Origin: Rhodoferax sp.
GTDB lineage: Bacteria > Pseudomonadota > Gammaproteobacteria > Burkholderiales > Burkholderiaceae_C
Direction: 5' to 3'
DNA: 50,338 nucleotides
Assembly: GCA_030683195.1 (NCBI GenBank)
Contig: JAUXQA010000336.1
Coordinates: 1 to 50,338, forward strand
The stretch's first letter is position 1; the number at the start of each line of letters is the position of its first letter. The notes under the pieces are model-generated. The model had not been told where the DNA came from and did no database searches. It worked only from the letters and a program-made list of their open reading frames with translations. The translations under genes and the position numbers were made by a program. Of the stretch, positions 20,008 to 28,600 are shown piece after piece.

Positions 20008-20892
20008 CTAGGCCAGAGTCCAAACACCGCGTTCAACGGGTTTGAAATGCGCTGGCTGTGTGTTCAATACTTGTCGCACCTTCTCTTTCCAGTGTGGATT
20101 GGCAGCAGCTTTGTCGCATTTGCTCTCCACCTCGGAATACAGGCGAGCCAAGTTGGCCGTACCGCCCAACCCCATCAAACATTGCTTGACAACGTTGCGC
20201 CAGGTGCCTGTCAGGCGGGCCTGAGCTTGATTGGCCACTGTTTTGAGAAACGAAAACATGGCCATGTTTTTGCGCTCCCAGAGCAGCACAAATTCATGAT
20301 TGATAAATGGGAGGGCCATTCGTCCGTACGACTTGCGTTCGGAAAGAGTGTTGTGTTGAGCTTTGATCAATACGGCCACCAATTCAGAGGACGGCATACG
20401 GGCCAACGCTTCTGCCTGATAGCTGCAATAGCGGCCATCTTTGCGAAGGTCTCCAATGATCGTTCCGTAGTAGCCACCGGGGCGGGTGGCTTCCCGTTGG
20501 TTCATCAGTGCGAGTTGCAGCTTGGTGTGGAAATCTTCATCATCCACACAGCGGGATAAGTCGTCCGGGTGCGCGGTATCGCCCCAAACTTCTCCCGAGT
20601 AAACAATCATCCCGCCGTATGGGGGGTGGGAAAGAACCATGTCGACGGGCTTGCCGACGCGTTCCAGGATCGAGTGGCGCAGGATGTTGAACCCTTGGTG
20701 GAGGTCCAGTCCATACGATTCGATTCCCATCTCTTGCGCAACCTCTACTGAGGTACCTGAGCCAACCATCGGATCGACGAAGGTTTTCGGCTTCAGTCGT
20801 TCGAAAAGGTCTTTGTAGATGTAGCCCGAGCAGTTGCCGCGCCAGGACGACTTGCCCCAAGGACCACGATCTGGGTAGGACAGAATGCTCAT
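20008..20892 (-). CDS. Orphan amino (N6A/N4C) DNA methyltransferase with C-terminal winged-helix-like domain
   Basis: SAM-binding DPMVGSGT and catalytic SHPPY; start MSILSYPDRG forms an ATGA overlap with the upstream ORF stop. Confidence 0.85.
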   Translation of the reverse strand: MSILSYPDRGPWGKSSWRGNCSGYIYKDLFERLKPKTFVDPMVGSGTSVEVAQEMGIESYGLDLHQGFNILRHSILERVGKPVDMVLSHPPYGGMIVYSGEVWGDTAHPDDLSRCVDDEDFHTKLQLALMNQREATRPGGYYGTIIGDLRKDGRYCSYQAEALARMPSSELVAVLIKAQHNTLSERKSYGRMALPFINHEFVLLWERKNMAMFSFLKTVANQAQARLTGTWRNVVKQCLMGLGGTANLARLYSEVESKCDKAAANPHWKEKVRQVLNTQPAHFKPVERGVWTLA

Positions 20893-21059
20893 TGCCCGCC
20901 CCCAGTAAGGACCAGCTTCGCGAACGATACTGTTTCGTGCCCGAGTTGATCTTGATTCGGCACGGAGCCGGGTGTAGTTTGCCGATGAGCGTCGAGTTTG
21001 GAAGTCTTCCTGACCTCGGCATCGATGGTCTTGGTGATTCCAATAGTGAGAGTATTCAT
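20889..21059 (-). CDS. Small hypothetical protein
   Basis: MNTLTIG..., 56 aa, translationally coupled to the methyltransferase. Confidence 0.4.
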   Translation of the reverse strand: MNTLTIGITKTIDAEVRKTSKLDAHRQTTPGSVPNQDQLGHETVSFAKLVLTGGGQ

Positions 21060-21183
21060 GTGATTTCGTGAGAAACCATGCGGTTGTCCATTGCTGGGCA
21101 CCAACAGGTTCAATTTTGAAGTTGAAACGATGGGGCGGCATGGAACCCAATCGGGCATATGCGGCCCCGGTGGGTTGAAAAGT

Positions 21184-21233
21184 TGCTGGATCGCCAGCTC
21201 GTTCAGCACAAAGTGCAAGAAGCTTCAATTCTA
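21184..21233 (-). promoter_or_regulatory. Structured leader copy C
   Basis: TAGAAT ... GCAC-ttt-GTGC ... GAGCTGG-cgat-CCAGCA. Confidence 0.75.
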
Positions 21234-21328
21234 CGGTTCCCAAAACGCTATTAGTTGGGTTTAGCGCTTTGGGAACCCCAGACGCCGTGTCTGGCGGGTT
21301 CTGTTGGGGGGAAGTCCTTCGCGGACGC

Positions 21329-21562
21329 TCAGTGGTGCCTGTGGGCCGTTTTAGCGGGCTTCAAGGTGGGCTCGTCGGCAGTTGGCTTGCCCATCCAGAC
21401 GGCATCACCAGAAACCAGTGCGATGGAACCGTCGTTGTTGACACTCATGCCGTAGGTTTGGCGAATGTGTTCGGGCGCCATGACCCGAAACAGGCCGGGG
21501 TAGTGCGCGCGTGCGTACTTTTACCGGGATGTGCCGAATTTAGAAAAGCGGATGACCTTCAT
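21329..21562 (-). pseudogene. Small hypothetical gene with an in-frame TAA at codon 14
   Basis: ATG coupled (ATGA) to the upstream stop; the frame stays open for 63 codons after the TAA at 21521-21523. Confidence 0.4.
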
Positions 21563-21768
21563 TTGGCCAGGGCTGCATGAACTTCTTCTGCGGCCTGGGC
21601 ACCCCAGCGAACGACATGATTCAACGAGTGCCCGTCGGAATGGAAGTTGAAACAGGCATGGTTTTCAACGGCATTGAGCGTGTTGAAAGCTGCTTGAGCG
21701 GCATTGAGGTGCTGCAGGACATCGGCAATCGCTTGCTTGCCGGCGTCTGTGAAATTGGTAAGTTGCAT
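21559..21768 (-). CDS. Hypothetical protein
   Basis: 69-aa ORF with ATG start, co-oriented with the cassette array. Confidence 0.6.
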   Translation of the reverse strand: MQLTNFTDAGKQAIADVLQHLNAAQAAFNTLNAVENHACFNFHSDGHSLNHVVRWGAQAAEEVHAALAK

Positions 21769-22112
21769 AGGGATTTTTGCTCATTAAGAAACAAAAAAGC
21801 CACCAAACGCTTCCGAGGGAAGGTTATGGTGGCCTGTTGCGAATCCGATGTTGTATTCGGGTTCTTCTTTATATCCAGCAATCCTGGCATCAGTATGTCG
21901 ATGCACTTACGGCTTGTGGTGGACGCGGTGAAGCGTCAGGTGGGGGCGGGTTGTTTGGTGCAAAGTCGCTCTGCTCAAGCCTTGATCAAACTTAGTTGAT
22001 GTTCGGCACAGATACGACCACGATCAGCTATCGCTTCATGTGTTGGGAATTCTCCGTAGAACGCAGAAAGTCGAACCCCATGGGTTTGATTCCATGCGGA
22101 TTGTTGTAAATA

Positions 22113-22161
22113 TGCTGGTGAGCCAGCTCTACCTCCACGAGTGGAAAGTACTCGAACTTTA
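22113..22161 (-). promoter_or_regulatory. Structured leader copy D (downstream gene appears decayed: ATG at 22039, then a stop at codon 4)
   Basis: TAAAGT ... TCCA-ctcg-TGGA ... GAGCTGG-ctca-CCAGCA; RBS GGAGA. Confidence 0.7.
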
Positions 22162-22184
22162 CCATGCGCTCGGTTCGGCGGGCA

Positions 22185-22385
22185 TCAGCCCCAGAGGACT
22201 TCGCCGCCTGGGTGAGTCTTGGCGGTGCAGTGATACACCGGTCGGGCTTCAGTTGGCGCTGGGCACGCAAAACCGCCCTTTTCAGCAAAGCTCTTGACCG
22301 CGTCCTGCTCATCTATTGAATGGCATTGAACAGACACGGCCATGTTGCTCAGCATGTACGTCACATTTGGCAATCCGGGATTCAT
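22185..22385 (-). CDS. Small hypothetical protein
   Basis: Start MNPGLP forms an ATGA overlap with the upstream stop. Confidence 0.45.
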   Translation of the reverse strand: MNPGLPNVTYMLSNMAVSVQCHSIDEQDAVKSFAEKGGFACPAPTEARPVYHCTAKTHPGGEVLWG

Positions 22386-22876
22386 GAGGTCACCCCAACA
22401 GCCAAGTAGGTTTTGTTCCAAGCGGCTTGATCGACCAGGTCGGTGATCTCGTCATGGGTTGCGATCTCTGGCACGTCGAGGATGAACGGAACATCGAACT
22501 CCGCTCCAGTGGCGCCAATGATGGAATCCCGACCTGACTTATGGTGATACCAGAGGGACCCGGTGACCTGTTCGCCTTCAAGGGCGATGCAGTACACCGT
22601 CTTGTTGCCGGGTTGCGAAACTTCTGGACTGGTGATCAAGCCACCCTGTACGAATGACAGGTCTGCGCAAAAGTTGACACAAACTCGGGCTCGATCGTAG
22701 TCCCATTGCGACATTGACACTGAGTGCACCATCTCGCCGGAATGGTCCGAAGAAATTACCTCGAAGGAGGGTTGCATCGTCTTCTGGCAAGTGGGGGAGA
22801 TAAGCTCGCCGTCCTCACCAAGCTCGGGCCAGGGTGCGGAGGTATGCTGATTTGAAGTGGAATCAAAAATTGACAT
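22382..22876 (-). CDS. Hypothetical acidic protein
   Basis: Start MSIFDS with RBS AGGA after leader copy E. Confidence 0.65.
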   Translation of the reverse strand: MSIFDSTSNQHTSAPWPELGEDGELISPTCQKTMQPSFEVISSDHSGEMVHSVSMSQWDYDRARVCVNFCADLSFVQGGLITSPEVSQPGNKTVYCIALEGEQVTGSLWYHHKSGRDSIIGATGAEFDVPFILDVPEIATHDEITDLVDQAAWNKTYLAVGVTS

Positions 22877-22958
22877 AGGGAGTCCTAGAAAAGGGCCCTG
22901 CCCCAATGGAGCAAAGAGCCCCAATGGGTAAATGGATTGGCTTATCGCCTGTGAAAAA

Positions 22959-23000
22959 TGCTGGTATCGCCAGCTCGCTCCGGATGGAGCCCTGATTGTA
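22959..23000 (-). promoter_or_regulatory. Structured leader copy E
   Basis: TACAAT ... GCTCC-atcc-GGAGC ... GAGCTGG-cgata-CCAGCA. Confidence 0.75.
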
Positions 23001-23168
23001 TGGTGATGGGATCGGATTCGTTCCAACCCGTTTCATCGCCCTCGTTGGAGAAGTCGAATATGGATTTGCCGTTCTGGTTCGCAACGTGGCCCCCAAGCTG
23101 TCCAGCGGCATGCGCTGCGAGCATCACTGTGAAATCGACCGTTCGGCATAGTCCCATCAGCGCCGGCC

Positions 23169-23202
23169 AAAAAAAAACCCCGTCACAAGGACAGGGCTTT
23201 TT
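23169..23202. terminator. Intrinsic terminator, possibly bidirectional
   Basis: A-tract, CCCCGTC...GACAGGG stem, T-tract. Confidence 0.6.
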
Positions 23203-23218
23203 CTTCGATTGATTTGTA

Positions 23219-23347
23219 TCAGACGGGATGGTGGCCTGATGTGTGTTTTTCACGATCCTTCTGGCGGTCGGCCATGAATGACGCGAAGGCACCAAACGCT
23301 ACCAATAAACCGCCGAAGATCACTATTCCCCAAGTTTGGCTATCCAT
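23219..23347 (-). CDS. 42-aa single-pass membrane peptide (below the ORF-track cutoff)
   Basis: MDSQTWGIVIFGGLLVAFGAFASFMADRQKDREKHTSGHHPV; RBS AAGGAG upstream. Confidence 0.6.
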   Translation of the reverse strand: MDSQTWGIVIFGGLLVAFGAFASFMADRQKDREKHTSGHHPV

Positions 23348-23351
23348 GATC

Positions 23352-23534
23352 TCACTCCTTTTTCTCGATACTCGCAGCAATAATAGCAGCTACGCCAAAG
23401 AAGAACAACAAGCCCAGTTTGAGCCAGTTCTCGTTGTCCATGATGAGGTGTGCCACGAAGGCATTCCCGGCCATCAATGCGCCTGCAGTCCTTGTCGCTG
23501 CTTTGACGCTTGGCCAGTCTATTTTTCTAGACAA
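23352..23534 (-). CDS. 60-aa two-TM membrane protein
   Basis: Two hydrophobic segments; RBS GGAGA before a TTG start. Confidence 0.6.
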   Translation of the reverse strand: MSRKIDWPSVKAATRTAGALMAGNAFVAHLIMDNENWLKLGLLFFFGVAAIIAASIEKKE

Positions 23535-23636
23535 TTTTGTCTCCAGGTTATAGCCCTGGGATCGCCACTCCCCACGGGAGGGCTCTCCCGTGCCGAATGA
23601 TTGAGGTTTCAGGTCGTCGCGGTTAGCCCGTGGTAC

Positions 23637-24209
23637 CTATGCCGTCATTGCTTCGTTTTCGGCCTCTCTGAGCCGTTCTCGGACGGCCGCAGCGTTGTTG
23701 TACATGGCGAAGGTCCCTGAGCTGTCGCCCATCAACACATTCGCATCATCTCCAACCCTGAATGAAAACGCACCGTATGGATCGATGTAGCACTCTGCCG
23801 TTTCGATTTCCGATGCGGCAATTGCCATCATGAGCCCGTTGTACCGGCTACGCAAATCGGCTGGCGTGCTGCGTTCGGCCATGACTTCGCTGACAGTTAA
23901 ACCGTCCATAAGTGGATGTTTCAGGCGCTTGAGTTGGATCAATGCTTTGCGTGCTGGTTCTTTTTGCGCGCAGTCTGCTTCAAAAAATACCATCACCGGG
24001 GCGATGAGGTTGAATTCTTTGTCCAGAGTAAAGCCGTTGATTTCCGCAAAGTCAGCCGCTGAAAAGTGGTTGGGGGTGACGTACGGGAAGAATGATGAAT
24101 TTCTCATTGATGTTTTCCAGTTGACCCTGGAGACACCCGTCCCAACGGGACGGATGACATCCCATGGGTAGTTGATTGTTTTGCCGTCAAGCCGCAGGCT
24201 CGATGTCAA
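23637..24209 (-). CDS. Hypothetical protein (start uncertain)
   Basis: 190-aa ORF downstream of leader copy F. Confidence 0.6.
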   Translation of the reverse strand: MTSSLRLDGKTINYPWDVIRPVGTGVSRVNWKTSMRNSSFFPYVTPNHFSAADFAEINGFTLDKEFNLIAPVMVFFEADCAQKEPARKALIQLKRLKHPLMDGLTVSEVMAERSTPADLRSRYNGLMMAIAASEIETAECYIDPYGAFSFRVGDDANVLMGDSSGTFAMYNNAAAVRERLREAENEAMTA

Positions 24210-24351
24210 TCTTTGTTCGATCGGGTTGACAAAGGCTCATGTGATTGAGTCGATGCCAGCACGATTAAGTTCAGTTTCGCACCCGAGGTTTTCAACTCCG
24301 TCTGGGCTTGCGCACCCAATGGGCGAATGTGCCCCGTTGGGTTGTGAGTGA

Positions 24352-24403
24352 TGCTGGGTCGCCAGCTCGATCTGAGTAGATCGATTGAAAGTAAAGCAGT
24401 ATG
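24352..24403 (-). promoter_or_regulatory. Structured leader copy F
   Basis: CATACT ... TCGATCT-actc-AGATCGA ... GAGCTGG-cgac-CCAGCA. Confidence 0.75.
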
Positions 24404-24475
24404 GAAGTCCAATACGAGCCTTACCTCGCCGCCTTGAATGGACGGCGTTTACGGCTTGCGTGATAAGACATCGCT

Positions 24476-25093
24476 TTAGGAAGTTCCTGTTAGATCCTCC
24501 GTTTGTGGCGGCGCCATGTGGTCCCAGCACCAACCTTCCCCGATCTGGTAAACCTTGATTGCTTGCCCATCCACCAGGATGACCTGGCACGGATAAACAT
24601 GGAGCTCACCGTCGTAGGATGAGAAGCTGTCGGAGAGGTCGTGCCAGGAAAGATCCGGGATCGACTTCTGAAGCTCAAGCGCCTCCGGTAACTCAAACCT
24701 CGGCTGGGCGAAACCGTTCCAGTCCTCTCCGTTGCCCCAAGCCTGGACCGTGTCGTCCATCCAGTCAGCGCTGATGTAAATGCGCCTCCAGATGGGCTTG
24801 TATTCCACGTTGTATCTCCGAAACACGTTGAGGGGCTTATCTGTCCGGATGAAGCCGCCGCCCAACGCGTGATACGTCACGAGGTCTATTGTCTCGCTAA
24901 GGGTTTGGATAGCGTGACCATCCTTATCCTGAAGTCGCCTCACAAAGCCTGGGTTATGGCGTGGTGGTTCGACGGCCTTGGGCACTAAAGCGCCATCGGG
25001 TAATTTCCAACATTGTTTCGGTAAATCAGACAAGTTTGGCACTGGTTTCTCGCCGCCATTTGCGTCCCCCGCATCATCGTTTTGTTGAGCCAT
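24476..25093 (-). CDS. Hypothetical protein (Trp-rich C-terminal domain)
   Basis: Start MAQQND after leader copy G; motifs WNGFAQPRFE and IGEGWCWD. Confidence 0.7.
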   Translation of the reverse strand: MAQQNDDAGDANGGEKPVPNLSDLPKQCWKLPDGALVPKAVEPPRHNPGFVRRLQDKDGHAIQTLSETIDLVTYHALGGGFIRTDKPLNVFRRYNVEYKPIWRRIYISADWMDDTVQAWGNGEDWNGFAQPRFELPEALELQKSIPDLSWHDLSDSFSSYDGELHVYPCQVILVDGQAIKVYQIGEGWCWDHMAPPQTEDLTGTS

Positions 25094-25160
25094 TTTTCTT
25101 CTTTGAAAAGGAGCAACATCGCGCCCAATGGGCGAATGTGCCCCGTTGGGTTGTGATAAA

Positions 25161-25209
25161 TGCTGGGTTGCCAGCTCAAACGGCACATGGTGCAGATTGT
25201 CAAATCGTA
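25161..25209 (-). promoter_or_regulatory. Structured leader copy G
   Basis: TACGAT ... GCAC-cat-GTGC ... GAGCTGG-caac-CCAGCA. Confidence 0.75.
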
Positions 25210-25232
25210 CCACGCACCTTCAACGGGTGAAC

Positions 25233-25592
25233 TCAGATGAGAAAACGCCACGCGGCGATTGGCGGCGAACTCAGTGTGACGAAAGAGCAGATGTTCAGTA
25301 CCACGGTGGCCCAAAATAATCGGCGAAAGGATGCTTTGGTGGTCTTGTGGCGAAACACTTGCTGAGCAACCATCGCGCCTGGCCAGCCACCGAGCAAACC
25401 CAACAATAAGAGCGAACTTTCTTTTGTACGCCATCGGCCCGATACAGCGGTTGCTTTGTCCACCGCGTATGCGATGAAGGCGACGGCACTGAGGACGAGA
25501 TACCCGGCCGCGACCGCGTGCGGAACATTCCAGTTCCATGCGGCGGCGAGGTAGATGAAGAGGGATGTAAGTAGCGTTCCGGTGAATTTCAT
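25233..25592 (-). CDS. DUF1294 family membrane protein
   Basis: Signature Y..DK..A..GRWR..E..L......GGWPGA..AQQ.FRHKT.K..F. Confidence 0.88.
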   Translation of the reverse strand: MKFTGTLLTSLFIYLAAAWNWNVPHAVAAGYLVLSAVAFIAYAVDKATAVSGRWRTKESSLLLLGLLGGWPGAMVAQQVFRHKTTKASFRRLFWATVVLNICSFVTLSSPPIAAWRFLI

Positions 25593-25624
25593 ATTTCGCT
25601 GGCGATTCTAGGTTGCGCCAAGAC

Positions 25625-25659
25625 AAAAAAAAGCCCCAGCGTTTAAAACGCTAGGGCTC
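25625..25659 (-). terminator. Intrinsic terminator after the helicase gene
   Basis: A8-GCCCCAGCGTTT-AAAACGCTAGGGC. Confidence 0.7.
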
Positions 25660-25675
25660 TCATGTTGTGTCAGAT

Positions 25676-28600
25676 TTAGGTGGTTTGACCTTCAGGGGCC
25701 TCTGCCGTTCCTGCCTCATCTTTGTCCAAATCCAGCTCCGCCTCAATGGCTCGCTGTCTCAGAACAATTGCTTTGAACGCATCCTCATGTTCAAAAGGCT
25801 TGTTCAGGCTGGCCTCAATTTGCAGACATTCCTGACTCAGCCGCTCGATACGAGCACGCCGGATAGCGGGCTCTTCGACCAAAGTCTCGACCAGATCCGT
25901 CACCAGCTTGCCGGTGCCGAACGTGTCGTGAATTGGGGTACCGGCACGCCGTATGGCATACCTGATCCGATCATCGTGTTGGCTTCTCAGGCTCAGTTGC
26001 AGCCCGTCACTGCGTTCCAGAATCACTTGCATACCGCCGACCACACCAACCACGCACATGTCGATCATTGAGTTGGACCGACTGACCTCATGGATGTTGG
26101 CGCCGATTTGAGCCTCAATAGAGTTCGCTCCCTCAAGTGCCGTGCCTAGCTTTCTGCTGGGTTTGAACTTCAGCCCTGCTGCCATCTCTTGCGAAACGAC
26201 TGCTGCATCTTGTTCTACACCTGTGATGGTTCCTTCCATTGCCTTAATCAGGTCCACATTGCTTCTGGCAATCCGGTTAAATGCCCAACGATCTTGCTCC
26301 CATGAATCCCGCAAAATGCTGAATTTCATGGCTTGGGCGTCTACTGTTGCTTTTTCAAGCACCAATGGATTTCCTGAACTGATGGCTTTTATCTCTGCAT
26401 AGCTCAACGCACCCATGGATAGATCCTCCACAGAACGCAAGCTGTTGGTGGCTGTCATGACCTGCTCGATAAAGCGGGCCTTCGTCTCCAAAAGCGACCA
26501 GATATATGCATCAAAGCTGCCTTCAGTCACGTAACGCAACAGCTCAATACAGTCCCATATGTTGCCCGCGCGCAGCCCCCGGCCATCTCGCTGTTCGACA
26601 CATGAAGGCTTCCAGGGTGCATCAATCTGATGCACGGCTTTGAGTCTCTTCTGCGCATTGGTTCCAACCCCCATTTTCAAGGTTGACCCCATCAGCAATC
26701 TGATCCGACCTGCGCGCACCTCCCTGAACAATTTGTCCTTGGCAGTGTCACTGTCGTAATCGTGAATGAACGCAATTTCTTGCGCCGGCATTCCCGCATC
26801 GATCAAACGTTGCCGTAGATCGTTGTAGACCGAGAACCCGGAGGTTTTCGGGGTAGACAAATCACAGAAAACCATTTGAGTGCCCCGCTTGTCCATCGTT
26901 TCTTCCCAGATGCGCATGACGTTTTCCACCGTCTTTGCGATCTTCCCTTTCGGGTCGTACGCCAGTGTCGGGTCAATCAATCGCATATCCAACGCAGCCT
27001 TGCGGCCGCAGTTGGTGATAGCCAACATGTTGTCTTCTTCTGGCTTCACAGCGCCGCTGCGAATCGCATCGGCACGCTCAACGAGTTCTGCCGTGTAAGT
27101 CAACAGTTCCGGGCTTGCCGGGCTGACGATTGCGCTTGGCTTGCCACCCACAATCTCGGGCGTTGGCAAGCTCAGCATGCTTCGTGTCTTGATGTCAGCA
27201 ACCATTCTGAAGATGGCCATCAGATCAGGGACATTCACGAAGCGTGAAAAACGAGTGTTGAGCCGGTAGCCGCCGCCATCTGGCGATACCTCCATACCTG
27301 TTATGGCCTCCCCAAACGTAGCAGCCCATGCGTCGAATTCCCATAATCCCATGCTTTTCAGCGTGTAGGGTTGCAAGAACTTTTGCATGACATGTGCTTC
27401 AGCGACTGAATTGGATATTGGCGTGGCACTGGAGAAAGTCACCCCCTGTTCCACGTCTCCCCTCTTCTGCATGATCAGCGAGGTTTTCACCCACGCATCA
27501 AATGCCCTGTTCGATGCCGCATTGGGCAAGCCCGCTATCGCCGGCATCTTGGACACGCGCATCAAGTTTTTCAGCGCATGTGCCTCGTCAAAGAAGAGAT
27601 AGTCCACACCGATTTCATCGAAATAGACCAGATCGTCCTTGGCATCTTCGTTCAGTGCCCGTTCAATCTTCGCTTCTAGTGCCTTCAGCAGCTTCTCACA
27701 TTGCTTGACGCTGCGTGATGCATTTCTTTCCTCAGCCATCCGCAAGCTATTGCGGGTTTGGCTCAGCAACTCATTTACAAACGCTTTGGTTGCGCCTGGA
27801 CTCGTTGGTAACCGCTCAAAGCTGGAATGTGTCATCACCACGGCATCCCAGTCACCGGTGGCAATCCTTGAAACAAACTCGCGCCGCTTGTCGCCTTGCA
27901 GGTCTTCCTTTGCAGCCATCAGGACCTTGGCAGTCGGGTAAAACCTGACGCAATCGGCTACAAATTGGGCGAGCAAATGGTTGGGGACCACGATCAGAGG
28001 CTTGCTGGCCTTACCGATGCGTCTCATTTCCATTGCAGCAGCAATCATCGTGAACGTCTTACCCGCACCGACTACATGAGCCAGCAAGGTGTTGCCACCT
28101 GAGACAATTCGCCAGATGGCATCCAGTTGATGCTTGTAGGGCGTGATCACGGGTGACATGCCATACAGCACCATGTGCGAGCCGTCATAAGTTCGCTCGA
28201 CAATCTGATTGAACTCGTCGTTGTACAGGCGAAGCAAGCGATCTCGCCTTGCATCATCCCGGTACGCCCACGCCTTGAATTCCTGGCGTATGGCTTCGTA
28301 CTTCTCTCGTGCCGCCAGTGTGGCGCCGCGGTCAAGAACGGATCTGCCGTCTACCGTTTTCGTGATCTTGGGTGGCACCTGATTCAGCGCGGCCTCGACT
28401 AAATCGAGAGCGCAGCGTTTTTGGGTACCCCATTTCTGCTGACTCAGCATCCTGTCACCGAACCACTCGCGACCAATGCCGCTTGTGGTCTTGACGCTCC
28501 ATGTTGCTGAATCAGCGCTGTAACTCACCTCCACACCTGACTTTTGGTCAGTATGGTTCACCAGTTCAGCGCAAAATTTCTCCACCACATCCAAAGGCAC

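Noticed and set aside
20893-21243. N-terminal extension of the methyltransferase ORF (similar extensions at 19884-20036, 22877-23026, 25094-25213 and 30824-31018)
   Set aside because: These run through promoters, structured leaders or adjacent genes, and better RBS-ATG starts lie downstream.
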